This document shows, in pieces, positions 47,555 through 61,108 of a stretch of 64,000 nucleotides of DNA. The stretch's first letter is position 1. Each line of letters opens with the position of its first letter. Below the pieces are notes generated by a model. The model worked only from the letters and a program-made list of their open reading frames with translations. It made no database searches and was not told where the DNA came from. The translations under genes were made by a program, and so were the position numbers. Origin of the DNA: the human T2T-CHM13v2.0 reference genome, Homo sapiens; the NCBI RefSeq assembly GCF_009914755.1, contig NC_060927.1. One strand, given 5' to 3'.

Positions 47555-48210
47555 ATTTAAGGTGAGGTGACATGTGAAACAAAAATAAGGAACATCGAAT
47601 TTAATAACCATGAGGAAGGAAAGGGTTTGGATGTTGAAAGAAAGGAAATATATTTAGCCAGAGACTGGTAAGCAAGGGAGAGAATAATAGATATGGGAGA
47701 GGCAGGTAGTTAAATCTAGTTGATAATGATAAGTAGTTTAGTTTTTCTTTTAGTTTAATAAGGTTCCATTGAACAGAATAGTGACATAAATTGATTTACT
47801 AAAATATAAATTATTGCATAATGATAAGTTAGGACATCTTTGAATATAGTCCTTTTTTCCTGTAATTCTAAATATTTTATTTTAAAAGCAATTATTCTGG
47901 GAAACAGCCCATAGTTTGAACCAGACTGCGAGAAAAATGTTAAGACTGCCTGGATAGATTAGGCAGTTGGAGGTAACAGCAGGCATGAGAAAAGCAAAGA
48001 AAAAGTGGGATGACTACTACTGTGCTTTAGAAAAGAAATAATGATAACTTGGACTACAATGGTGGCACTAAAAATGGATATAAATTGATATGTTTAAAAT
48101 GTATTTTAGAAGTAATGCCAAAAGACTTGCTTGTGTGTTGAACATGGAGACGAGGGGGAAAAAATTCAAGGATGACTCATAGATTTTTGTTGTGAGCAAT
48201 TTTTTCAGTG
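47555..48210 (-). mobile_element. L2 fragments
   Basis: gataacttggactacaatggtggca...gtattttagaagta...tcaaggatgactcatagattttt. Confidence 0.6.
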
Positions 48211-50539
48211 ACACTTATGAAATGTTCTTTCCATACATTATGAGTTCTGCCTAACATTAACTCTAACTGTTAAAAAAAAGAAAAATGATGTTTTACTTGA
48301 CATTTCTTTAAATAAAAAAAAACAGAACAGAGAAATAGAGTTTTGAGGAACCGATGAGTTTGGTTCATTTAACTTTTCTGAATTCTAAAATGATCAGAAC
48401 TAGAACAATATGATCTAATACAGTGATACTCAGATTCGGGTTATCATCATATGGTTGGTTTAATCTGATCCAATTTTTATATTTGAATTAGCATATTTGA
48501 GTTCGCTAGAAAATACTTAAACATATTCACACACAACAGATATAAATCTGTCTAGTTATTTTAGTCATATATTAAATTATTTTATACATGGCATCAACAA
48601 TCAAGTGGTACTTCCAGTTAGTTATTTGTATTTTTCTTAGAGATTTGCATTTACCTTTATTATTTTTTTCTTTTTTTAAATTGGAGAAATTACAGCTATC
48701 AAGAAGTATTTAATTGTAAGTAAGTAATCACAAGGGAGAAATGAGAGCTGCTAAGTTGGAAAAAGAATAGAAGTCAATTATAAAGTTAAATGTTAATGCA
48801 GTAAAGTGGAGGAGACACAGAGGAGAAATTAGAGGCCAAAATCAGAGATGAGGAAGAAAATACAAGGATATTTTCTTAAAGCATCGGAATGGGCAGTTAG
48901 TAGCAACCAAGTTTCACACTATAACAAAGATGTAGATTCCAATGATGTTGCGTCAAAATGACAGGTGTGACAGGCCCACATCGGTGATGGAGGTATTTAC
49001 AGAGATGTGTTACAGCTGTAGGCAAAATTTTGAAATAGGCCGGGTTTGTTTTCAGTGCTCTCTCACCTCCCTTCCAGCATCCCTGGATCCAACTTGAAGT
49101 TCTCAGTGTCCTCGTCTTGACCCCTTGATGTGTATGCTCTCCATGCTCTAGTGTCCATGCAAGTCAGCAAGTCTCTGTCAATGCTTCATAACTGGTACAG
49201 TCCAGATAATTCTACCTGACTTGTATTAAATATGTTCAGACCTTGACTCCTCATGACCAACTAATTCAGGAATGTACAAGCATTGCTGCTGGTGGCTGAG
49301 CGTGTTAACCATCTAAATGTTGTATTTATATCTCATGTCACATATCCAGACACAAAACAATTGGATTTAAACAGTGATGATTAGAGCAGAAAATTGGGAA
49401 GGAATGCTAGTCTTGTGGGAGAGACTGGATGTAACAGGTTGGATTTTTGGAAATATAGAAATTAGATCAGATAGATGTTTGCTGAGTACATATATACATA
49501 TGAATTATCAACAAAACGTCATCATGCTCCTTTCTGTGTCTGTCCAATTAAGAGCAATTTGAGGGGAAAATGTGATTTACAGGTTCTGCTCTTTATCAGT
49601 GGTGAGATGAATTATATGAGAAACATAGCAAGAGAAAAGACAAGTAGAAATTTTCTTAGAGAAATAATAAGAGTAGGTACACATTTTTAAAAAAAGTTTC
49701 ATTTATACTAAATCAAATATATGATTTTAGTAAAAAATGTATTTTACACTGAAAATTTTATTTAATGACATGTATTTATCAAGAATATAATTCCAAGATT
49801 TTTTCAAACTGTTAAACAAAATACACTTCCACCAAGACACATGCACATAATTGAAAAAAATAAAATTGTATATAGATGCTTTATAGAATAGCAACCTTAT
49901 GTTGTGCTGAGAAGCATAATAAATATGATTACTATGCAAATCAAAATACGATTTAGCTCTACCTTTAAAATGCATTTTAGATGTAATTTAATATAGTATT
50001 GAAGAAAACAAATGTGATTTAAATAACTAAATAAAATTTTAATTAACTATAGCAAAATAGAATACATATAAATAAAATAAATAAAATTATTACAAAATAA
50101 AAATTATCAAATAAAATATTTGATAAATTGTAACAATACCAGCATAGCCATTATATGAATTAGATCTATAGTTATCAATAGAATTCTTGTTTTCAAATCC
50201 TAATAGTTGGGTTTTGAAACTGAATTGTCCAAATAATTAACTTGAATTCTTTATTATTTCAGTGCTTCTACAAAATATAAAGCTATAGCACATACTTACT
50301 CTCATTCTTTTTGAAACTGTTTCTTATAAAATTTACCCTGTTCTCAGTCAGAAAAAGCATTTACATAAGTCTCAGTGATCTACTCATAATAAATGGCAAA
50401 ATCTCTAGATGTTTGCCTCAAATCTCTAGAGGTGAACTGACATAAAATAATAGAACATTTTATATATGGCCTCTGAATGACATATTCTCAGGACTTTAGT
50501 GGTAATTGAAAGAGAGTGGTTCTTGGTTAAGTCCACACT

Positions 50540-50800
50540 TTATAAAATATGTCAAATATCTTTATTGTTATAAAATGTATTATAAAAATATTCACATACT
50601 TTATAATATAGTTTATTAAAATATATCATAATATATTTTATTATATTTTATAAAATATTAAAATATATTTATATAACAAATATAAATAGTAAATATATAA
50701 ATAATTAAAATAAAATATGTATATATTTTATAGTATATATAATATATTAAGTATATATGGACTTATATATATATGTCCAGACTGTATATATATATATATG
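50540..50800 (+). repeat. AT-rich low-complexity / (TA)n
   Basis: Direct. Confidence 0.85.
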
Positions 50801-50878
50801 AAAAATTCAGTCTATAGCAGATAGTGTGTATGTGTATGTACATATATCACACACACACACACACACATGCACACCATC

Positions 50879-51245
50879 TGCTATAGACTGAATGTTTATG
50901 TCCCCACTAAATTTATATGTTGAAACTTAATATCGAATGTAATGGTATTTGAAAGTGGGGCCTTTGAGATGTGATTAGGTCACAAAGGTAAATTCCTCGT
51001 AAATGGGATTGTACCCACATAAATGAGACATTAGAGAGCTCCCTTGGCCCTTCTGTTACGTGATGACTCATTGGGAAGATGGCTGTCTATGTGAATCAGG
51101 AAGTTAGCTCTCGCCAGATACCAAATCTTCCGGCCTCTTGATCTTAAACTTTTCAGCCTCCAGAACCGTAAGAAATAAATTTCTATTGTTTATAAGCCAT
51201 GCAGTCTATGGCATTCAGTTACAACATCCCAAAGGGACTAAGATA
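50879..51245 (+). mobile_element. MLT1A0-like solo LTR
   Basis: tgctatagactgaatgtttatgtcccc...ggggcctttgagatgtgattaggtca...agaaataaatttctattgtttataagcca...gactaagata. Confidence 0.88.
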
Positions 51246-51339
51246 TTACCTCTTATGGTAACAATTAGTGTAGAATATTGTTCGGAAAGTATCATTCTGA
51301 CTATGTTTTCTCAAGTTTTTGAAACACCACTGCTAATCT

Positions 51340-53580
51340 AACTGGTGGTCTCAAAGCCTCAGGTGATCTCCAAATAACCATCAGTAACCTTCACCTTTTA
51401 ATATCCACATCAGTGTAGAATGCTCTCACCCTGAATAGGACTACTCTGTGAGACCAGCAGAATATCGTGGACACGGTAATGGTGATTTTGTAGTCATTGG
51501 AAATAAGAAAGCAGAGCTTGTGTAGTAGCAGAAAGTGTGTCTGTTACAATTTGGAAAGGAGAAAAAAATAATATACTGTGTAGTCTAGATAAGGATATTT
51601 CCAGGCAGAGTGTAAAAGGTGCCATGTGGTTTCTTCTTGATGCTTACTGTAAAATCAAGAGACTGATTTTTAAAAACGAATAATTGAATATAAAAAAGTA
51701 AAGACCCCCAGGGTTTGAAAATTCTCAGGTTCTTCAGGTTGTAAAATATGCTTAATGTTAAGTAATATCTTTTGGTCAAAAATTAATTGAAGGCATATTA
51801 GGGAAAATGAAGTTTTATTAGTTTCCTATTGCTGCTGTAACAAATTGCTATGAATATGTAGATGTTAAGCTACACAGATTTATTATCTTAAAATTCTGGA
51901 TGTCAGAAGTCCAAAATGGGACTTAAAGGGCTGAAACCAAGGTGTCAGCACAGCCATGTATTTCTGGAGGCTTTAATGGAAAATCTGTTTCCTGCGTTTT
52001 TCTGCGTCCAGAGGTTGTCCGCCTTCTGTGGGTCATGGCCACAGTACTCTGACCTCTGATGCTGTCATTACATCCCCTTCTCTGACTCTGACTCTCCTGA
52101 CTTTCTTATAAAGATCCTTGTATTTACATTTGGCCCACCCAGATAACCCAGGATAATCTCCCCTTTTTAAGACCTTTCAGTTACTTATATTTGCAAAACT
52201 TTCTTTTATCATACGTGGTAGCATATTCACAGGTTTCAGGGATTAGGACAAGGACAACTTTTTAGGTTAATATTCTGCCTCCCACAAGGGTCTAATAGTA
52301 AAATCAAGGTGTGACCATAAAATCCTTTATTAAAATCTCATGAATATCTAGGGCAATGCCTCAGAGATCTGATATGCCAATAACTTCTAAGAATACAAGG
52401 CAGTATAAGCAGCCTAAGCCCCAGAAACACACATAGGGAAGGATTTAGCTCAAAGCATTTGCAGGTGTGTCTTTTGTCTAGTGAAGCCCAGTCCATAACA
52501 GTCCTAGGATCCTCAAGAAGTGTTTTAAGAGAACTGTACTACACTGCCAACTTGAACCAAAAGGGACAATGACAGCACAAGATGAAAAAGATCTGATGTA
52601 CGCTAACAATTCCATAGGCAGTAAGCAGGTTCAGAAAGCCATTACTGAGCAGCAAATATGGGCAACATGTCATTAAAAAGGAGAAATTACTCAGAGGACA
52701 GATCCAAGAGCCACAGTACATTATTCTCAGACTTTGAGCCCTAATCAAGGAACTTGCAACATGTGCCACTCCAGATTTCAGAAATGTTAGGGAATGGTGA
52801 CGACTGTGTCTCTCATTTTTCCACATTATGAAAATGAAGGTCTGTGCCAGTTATTTTATGCCTGTTCCACGATTGTTTGCTGGGCCTGTGGGGACGACGG
52901 GAAGCAAGAACTTGTGTCTATTGTTTACAGGTCCTTATATTAAGAAGGCTTGCATTCTAAGTGCCACACTTGAGATGTCTTACCCCATCTGAACCTGATT
53001 TTGTAGCAAATATCCTGTAATTGAGCTGACATTGGAAATGAATGAGAATTTGGAGAGAAGATGTGGATTTTTTATGAAGGAGCAGGTTTGAAGGCATGAA
53101 TCGTCCAAGGTCAAAAGGTGGACTGAGCTAATCAGTTGTCTATTTGTATTTACATGTGTGTACTTTCCTTCCACAATGAATAAAGTTGATTTGTGGACCA
53201 GTTAGATATTGTGGACATGATGGTGTGTGACTTCAGAGGCTATGCCAAAAAACACATTGAACCTTCTGCCTTTGTCTCTCATATTACTTCTCTAGGAGAA
53301 ACCAACCAACATGCCATATGGACATTGAAGCATCTCTGTACAGATGCCGACTTGGAAAGAAACTAGGACTTCACACCAACAATCAATACCAACTACCAGC
53401 CAGGCATATGACTAAACTTTGAAGTGGATCTTCTAGCCCCAGTAAGCCCTTCAGAAGACTGTGGCCCTGTGATGTCTGTTAGCAATGTCTCATGAGACTT
53501 AGTTCAAAACAGCCCAGCCAATATTTACAAATCACAAATTTTGAGATAATTTGTTATGCAGTGATAAATAATTGATACAT
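51340..53580 (+). mobile_element. MLT1F-like MaLR element (partial 5' LTR, internal region, 3' LTR ~53125-53580) interrupted by MLT1C
   Basis: MLT1-int motif gatatttccaggcagagtgtaaaagg...gcttactgtaaaat; LTR gtgtgacttcagaggcta...gaagtggatcttctagccccag...tttgttatgcagtgataaataattgataca. Confidence 0.65.
51813..52286 (-). mobile_element. MLT1C/D-like solo LTR
   Basis: ttagtttcctattgctgctgtaacaaatt...cccacccagataacccaggataatctccc...ttcacaggtttcagggattagga. Confidence 0.85.
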
Positions 53581-55439
53581 GCAGTTTGTCTCCAGATGAA
53601 AAGGGATAATTTTATTTTCCATTATGGTTTTTGCTAAGGAGTCCTTGCATATGAACACAAGTAAGGAATTCCATCTTTTCCCCACGTAAAAGAAATATGA
53701 CTTATACCAGAAAACTATCATATGCGACAGAACAATTTTTCCTGACTTCAGTGGTCCCATTTCAACAAGTCCTTTATTTCAGACATAAAAGGTGATATGA
53801 TGGCAAGTTTCACTTCCTGGGTGTATTCAAAGCTTCAATCTCAGAAAACATTCATGCTTGCTTTGCATTCCATTTAAGTTCCATATTCCTCTACCCGAAT
53901 AAAATATAACAATTCAAGTAGCCACATCCTTCACCATGTGATTCAATGAATTTTAATATGCGTACTTAGCCGAAAGATAACTAGCCTCCACCAATGCTGT
54001 AGTTAGATTTGTTAAGCTTGCACAAACGCATCAAGTATCTACAAAAGAAAAACAGAAAAAAGAAAGGCATTCAGCTGCAAACATGGATTACATTTCTGAA
54101 AAAGGTGTTATTACTCAGAAAGCAGATACAAGAGCCACAGCATATCATTCCCAGATTTTTACTCTAATCAAGGAATTAGCATTTTTCTCAATACTATTTT
54201 CAGAAAAGCCTTTTCATCTTTTCATTTTCATTGTTTTAAAATGCCTAAAATGAACTATACTATCTCATTTTAAAAATCTGAGCTTATGCTTTTAAACACA
54301 TGATAGATGCTTCACTGATGATGCTAGTAAGAAATCTTTAACTTCTATTATTTCCAATTTTATCCATTGAATATATGCCTAGGAGAAGCTGGGGCAATAC
54401 AAATGTTGCTGTAATGATGTAGGATTGATAGACATTTTGCTGTACATCAGATTTCAGGAAACTCCATATTATTTGCTTCAAGATATAACATTTTTTAAAC
54501 ATTTATAACATGTTCATATTATTTTCTTTGTAAGCAAATGCCAGGAATTAAAATGAGTACGTTGAATTTTAATTTACCAAAGCAGGATTTTTAAAGGTGG
54601 TGGTGAAATTTATATGGAAATTAATTTCTATTGTCTGCATATTGCACAAATGTCTATATAATATGCTATATAATACACAATAGTGGTTTTCAAGACAACA
54701 AACTATGAATATTGTCAATTTTCTTATCTTTTGGAGGCTCAACTATCTCATATAAGACATAAAGGAAAAAGTAGAATTTTCTTCTGCAGTTACTATGAAA
54801 TGAAATAAACTGATGCTTGTAACCTAATACCTAAAGTAGAATTTTAAGTAAGAAAGGTAAAAACCAGATAGCCAGATTCTCAGAAGCCTGAAATCCATTA
54901 GTAAATATTTAGCAGTTCAAAATTTTGCCCCAAGTCTTTTAGAGGCGGACTTTTCACACACACAAAGAATATGTTTTGTTCCCTAGGGATTCATTCACTT
55001 AAAAATATTCTGCATTGGTGTTCAGTCATATGTCATATTCAAGAGCTGCAAAGTTATAACTTCAAAGGATATCAGGATGCAATTTTTCCTGCTAAAAAAT
55101 TTCTCTTTTTAGGTATCTTACATTAGCAGACAATTGGCTAACAAGAATTTGTTTGAGGAGAATAGAATCAGATAGTAAAATAATCTGAAATTTTAATACT
55201 GACAAGCTTACAAATTCTGAGGCATCCATCTAGAAAATAGGAATGTATTTGCCACAGTGAGTGAAGAGGTCAATTTCTTAGGCCAGGACACAATCTTCTT
55301 GGCACCAATTATATTGCAAACTCGGTCTTTTTCTTCTGTGATGGCTGAGTATGCAGTTGCACTCATTTTGTGTACCCAATGTTGTATGTAGTTAACAACA
55401 AAAAATAAAATAAAATTTTTTAAACCTCTAAATATTGAT

Positions 55440-56400
55440 TGACACTTTCCTGACATTTAGTCTTTTCAAGATGAAGTTGGAAAGCAATTTCGCATGCATT
55501 TGGGGGTTTTGTTTTGTAAGTAACCTGCGGTTTTGTATGGATACATGTTGATTCTTTTTTCCATTGCCACTGTAACTCAAAATATAATGCATGATTCTCT
55601 TTTCAGGAATTTTTTCTAGATTTAGTAAACAATTTGAGGATACCTATCCAGGTAATTTTTCCAATCTGGAAGATCTTCGTTTTGTATTATAAGTTTGATT
55701 ATTTTTCCTTTCTTATATGTTAACAAACTAATAATATAAGTTTTTATCTTTGTTTCTTTATCCCTAATGTCAAACATCTCATTCTTAGAAAGTTTTTATT
55801 ACCGGCCTTACACTTGTGATTCTAAAAGAACTTCTCAAAATGTCCTGAGAATAAGTGTTGTTATTTTCCTGAGTGTGCTTTTTATCCAGCCTGCAAAGTG
55901 AATGGATAATAATTTTGCTATTACATTTACAATTACCTTTTAGTTTCCCTACCTCCATTTGAGTGCTTGTAACTCAATAGGATGTTATGAATCTTGGGTC
56001 TGTGATCATTCTTTCAGATGTGGCTTTATAGTCTCTCACTTTCATTTCACAGAGGTGATATTGTCTTGTACATTATTAGGAGCATAAATCTAATCTTTCT
56101 AAATATTTTTCCTTAAGTTGGTCAATTTGAGGTAGCTTTTCCTACTAGTCTATAAGATATTTTTGTCTTATTTTTCAAAATATATTTCATATTTTAGATT
56201 TAAAATATTTTTTCTGCTTATTTACCTTTTTGTGAAATAGATGCCCAAACAGATGGAGTGTTTGCCGAGAAAGAAAATATGGGAGTATTTCTCTGCTGTT
56301 TCCACTGCTCATATGGGTGTTTGGAGCATCCTGCTTTCTAATCTACAGTCTGAAGTGGATGGATATCTCTCTTAACGTAAAGCCAGATGTCTGTGTTACC
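55440..56400 (-). mobile_element. Ancient HAL1/L1M-like fragment
   Basis: T-rich degenerate L1-like sequence (ttttgtaagtaacctgcgg; ttcacagaggtgatattgtcttg); weak recognition. Confidence 0.4.
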
Positions 56401-56423
56401 TTTACATGGTGAAACGTTCCTAG

Positions 56424-56670
<247 letters not shown>

Positions 56671-57784
56671 GACTTGGGTACTCTTACTTTACAATGGACT
56701 GCCTTTTAGGTATTTTAATTTGAAAATATATTCCCCTATGGCTCCTTCTGATTTTGCTTTTGCCCGTAAATGTTATGTGGTGGGGCTGTAACGTCCAGAT
56801 GAAAACTGTGGCCACCGGTTCCTACCCAGCATTCTGATAAATTGAATGTGAGAGACGCAGTCTCAGAAAGTTTCTGGAAATATATAAACTGATAAAGATG
56901 AAGAGTATAATTTATTTTTAGTTGCCCAGTTTTTATGGTTGGTAAAAATAAAGTATCTCAAAACCAGCAAGCAGTAATCTGCTGGGAAGGCTTACACCTT
57001 CTTAGTTACTAAGAAGCAAAGCATGGTTTTCTGATGAATACAGTGCCGCATCCACAAGCCACCAATTATGTTTCTTGGTAAGCCTCCAGTTCTTTTAACC
57101 TAGAGAAAAATCTCACTTTTTAGAAATAGGTTGGTCATAACTCTTAGTTTTCAATTATTTAACTATATAATTTTTAATTTTGCTCTTTTTTCCTGTGTTT
57201 TATTTTATTGAATAAATAAATTTAATTTGACTGAATAAATAGATAAATACCCAAGAAAACAGGTATTTAATTGGGACTTTGAGAGAGAATATACTGGGAA
57301 CTCAGAAGAAGACCATGCAATCCACTATTAAGCTTTATTGTCTGTGAATTTTACTATGACCAGATTCTTTACAGTATCTAAGACATTGTCCTTTTTCTTA
57401 TTTTAGCTGACAAAATTTTGTTGATATTAACTCTCTAAAGGTAGGCAGCACCAGAACATATTTCTATGTTGATTACTGAATATTTCTAAAATAGTTAATT
57501 CAGTGAATACTTTCCAGAGTGGAATCAAAAGGTGAAACCCCTATTTAAACACATTTAATTCATCTAAAACTACGCATCTATAATGAACCAGCCATCCATT
57601 TTTTAAAGCTGCACTTAAAATTGAAGTAGTTATAGAAATCGATTTATTGGAAATCACATCTATAATATTTCTGATCAGCTTCTACTCAAATTTTATGTAC
57701 CATGACTATTTATATATATTTAAGCACCATGGCTTCAAAAAGAGCATATTCTTCATGCTCTTTAAAAGACAGTAATGAATTGGA

Positions 57785-57856
57785 CTCAATGTTTTTGTTC
57801 ACTGATGTAGCCTCACAAACTAGAAAAGCACTCAATAAATATTTGGTGAAAGAATC
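57785..57856 (+). mobile_element. L2 3' terminus
   Basis: ttgttcactgatgtagcctca...gcactcaataaatatttggtgaaagaat. Confidence 0.7.
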
Positions 57857-57949
57857 ATTCTATAGATAACATGGACTACATATCTAAATCATTAGGTCAG
57901 CGGTACACAAAGTGTTTGCTAACACCTAGGTGACTCCAAGTTTTTTTGA

Positions 57950-59680
57950 TGAAACAATGTAAAAACAGATCAGCTCACTGGGCTGAATTGCATGCAGTTT
58001 TTCTTACAGTAATGAAAGAATTGAACAGTAGTGGAAAGCCCCTGTGTTTGGGTTTTTCCTGACTCATGGTCAGTGACCAATGGCACGACCAGAGACTCAG
58101 GCAAAAGGACAATCAAAATCTGGCCTGTTAAAAGGATACTTCCTATGGAGCATGGTCCTATGAAAATTTGAAGGGTGCTTCAAAGTAGAACAAATCAATG
58201 ACCATCAGAAGAACTCCCTTCCAGATTCAGAAGGTGACTGGAATCGACAAACAGATATCCTCTGTTCCCTTGAAGTGGCACATGGGTCCATGAAATGAGT
58301 GATATGGGGGTATTGCAGCAATGTAGAGATGAGTTCAATCTAGACATGTTTCTTTTGCACCCTCTTAGGCACAGAATGCCAGTATGAACTGTTCTGTTTG
58401 TCAACAGGAGAGTCAGAGACTGCCAGTTGCTATGTAGCAGATTCACTGGTGGGAAGGCCTTGAAGAAAGTTGGGAAGGCCTTGAAGAAAGTTGGAAAGGC
58501 AGACTGATGCTGGTAGCCCTGGAGGGCTACAATTGCGTCTTGACAGGAATAGACACTGGCTATGGATTGGGCCTTTGCCTATCCAGTGGAAGATGCAAAT
58601 GCTCAGAGTGCCACACACACACAAAAAAAAAAACAAACAAAAAAAAACAGAACAGAAGCTATTGTATGGATTTGGACAACTGACTGCTGCTTTTTCAAAC
58701 CGAGGAACACACTGTACAGCCCATATTCCCCAGCAATGGGAGGAAGGGTATCCTACAACAGTTTGATAGAGAAGTAGAATGGGCAATTAAAACATTGCTT
58801 GTCTAAAACATGGGGACATAAAAGCAGGAAGGACTGTGAGTGTGTGCTCACAGTCAGCATGAGTGGCACTAGAGTGTCCTTGCTAGATTTTTCTGGTTTT
58901 CTGGTTGATCTGAGGCAGAAGTGCAGGGCAGATGCTGGTATGACTATGCAATTCTTGCCGTGAGAAGAGTACAATGGTTTAATGATTATAACTTTTTCTT
59001 TCTTCCCCAGATCACCTTCAGAATTGCTTTTGTATTTTTCCTCCCCTACCTGGTATAGTGGTCCTAGTACCAGGTTACAACTATAAGTGCAAAAAGCAGG
59101 AATGATTTATAAACAAAAAACTGTAACTACATTTTTAAACCTTATGTCAGAACTTCGAAGGGCATGATGGAAGTGGGTTGTGCCATCACCCTATCTAGCA
59201 AAATTGAGTTTAAGAGTAAATGCAGCTGTATTGCCTGGTGGTTAAAATAGCTCACAACTCCTCGACCTGTGTAACTTTACCTTATCTGAATGGGAGTGAA
59301 ATGAGGAGTTGGTAATTGCTAGACTAGTATTTCTGCCTGCAATCTAGACCAGCACAGTGGTAATTCTAATGTCCCTTCCAAAAATGAAAAAGTTTGGATA
59401 TTTATGAATGGAAAGAGAAATAGTATCTGAGAGTAAAGAAATGAATAAATGGGTTATTAATTGAAAGAAATTCAGTATTACATTAACAACGCAAAAGAGT
59501 CTCAGAGCAGGAAATGATATCATCTCTTAGCTTAATTATCCCAGATGCCTGAAAGTATAAAGCTGTATATTTCCCAAGACCACTCCTGCTTCTGAAACCT
59601 GACAAGATTGAGAGAAAACCTGCAAACTGGAGTGGCCTCACCATGGGACACTTCCATATAATATCATGGACTGACATTTC
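57950..59680 (+). mobile_element. Class III (ERVL-like, probably MER21-int) internal region with decayed pol
   Basis: Hand translation: SAHWAELHAV (from 57970) and FPDSWSVTNG (from 58055) are RNase H motifs; VLTGIDTGYGLG/FAYPVEDANA (~58539-58603, frameshifted) is an ERVL integrase motif. Confidence 0.8.
58450..58500 (+). repeat. 21-bp tandem repeat, 2 perfect copies plus a partial
   Basis: tgggaaggccttgaagaaagt x2 + tggaaaggc. Confidence 0.95.
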
Positions 59681-60010
59681 AGTTTGGTCTCCTGAAAGAC
59701 CAAGGCAGGATTAAAGGGTGGATACTTTCAGTCTCACTCCCCAATCTCCAGGGAGGGGAGAGGGGCTGAAAGTCAAGCTAATCACCAATGGTCAATGGTT
59801 TAATCAATCATGTTTATGTAATGAAGCCTCAATAAAAAACCCAAGAGGACGGGATTCAGAGAGTTTCCAGATGGCTAAACGCATGGAGGTTCCTGGTGGG
59901 TGGTGTGCCCAGGAAGGGCATGGAAGGTCTGAGCCCCTTCCCCTACACCTCCCCCTATACACCTATTCATCTGTATCCTTTGCAATATTCCGTATAATAA
60001 ACCAGTAAAC
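59681..60010 (+). mobile_element. MER21A/B LTR fragment
   Basis: gaaagaccaaggcaggatta...ggaggggagaggggctg...tttaatcaatcatgtttatgtaatgaagcctc...ataataaaccagtaaa. Confidence 0.82.
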
Positions 60011-60404
60011 AATTTTAAAAATTGGCAATAATATCAACATGTGACAACAATTAGTGAAAATAAAAGAAAATCTAGGAAAATATCCCATTATAAAAAATAA
60101 TATGGTATATGCTAAAAATGAAATGTTATAAAAATCTTGTTGAATATCTGGTAAACTAAGGAAAGTAGAATGTTACATATATTTTATACATGTCTGTATG
60201 AAATCAGAATGAGTACAGATTGAAATGCAGAATTTAGAAGTGGGCAAATTACATGCTTTTTTGTATATAGTACACAGGTGTCAGTCAATATAGCTTTTCT
60301 CTAAGACAATATAAAAATAAATATCTCAATCAAGGAATTGTGTTTTTCAAATTTGTCCTATACTAATAATCTGTGAAGTGTCAGAATACACATATGTAAA
60401 AAGC

Positions 60405-60794
60405 TATGTTAGGCTGTTCTTGCATTGCTATAAAGAAATACCTGAGACTGGATAATTAATAAGAAAAGACATTTAATTGACTCATAGTTCTGCAGGCTAT
60501 ACAGGTAGTATAATGCCAGCCTTTGCTTCTGGGGGAGGCCTCAGGAAGCTTTTACTCATGGCAGAAGGTGAAGCAGGAGCAGGCACATTATATGGCGAAA
60601 GCAGGATCAAGAGAGAGCAATAGTGGGTGTTGGGGGATGTCACACACTTTTAATGACCATATCTTTTGGAACTCATTATCACAAAGATATCACAAAGCCA
60701 TGAGGTATCCAACCCCCACTAGGCATACACATATCCAGCATTGAGGACAATTCGACATGAGATTTGGGTGAGGAAACATATCCAAACAATATCA
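60405..60794 (-). mobile_element. MSTB/MSTA-like solo LTR
   Basis: ttaggctgttcttgcattgctataaagaaatacctgagactgg...ggaggcctcaggaagcttttactcatggcagaagg...catatccaaacaatatca. Confidence 0.88.
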
Positions 60795-61027
60795 GAGGGC
60801 AATTGTAAATAGTTTTATAGTTACATAAATTGGGGAACAATAGAAGGTCAATTTAAGCAGATAATTCTGCATATCAAAATTGTGGAATATGAAGACTATT
60901 AAAATATACGCAGCCTTGAAAAATGGAAATGTAGTTATGTACTTCTTGATAAAGAAAGAATAATAAAAATATCTCATAGCAAGTGAAGATTATAAAACAG
61001 TGTGTTGTAATGACAGTAGTTTATCTA

Positions 61028-61108
61028 TTAGGTTGGTACAAATGTAATTGGGATTTTGGCCATTTAAAAGGAATGGCCAAAACCACAATTACTTTTGCAC
61101 CAACTTAA
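61028..61108 (-). mobile_element. MADE1 (Hsmar1-derived MITE), complete palindrome
   Basis: ttaggttggtacaaatgtaattg...caattacttttgcaccaacttaa with TA on both sides. Confidence 0.95.
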
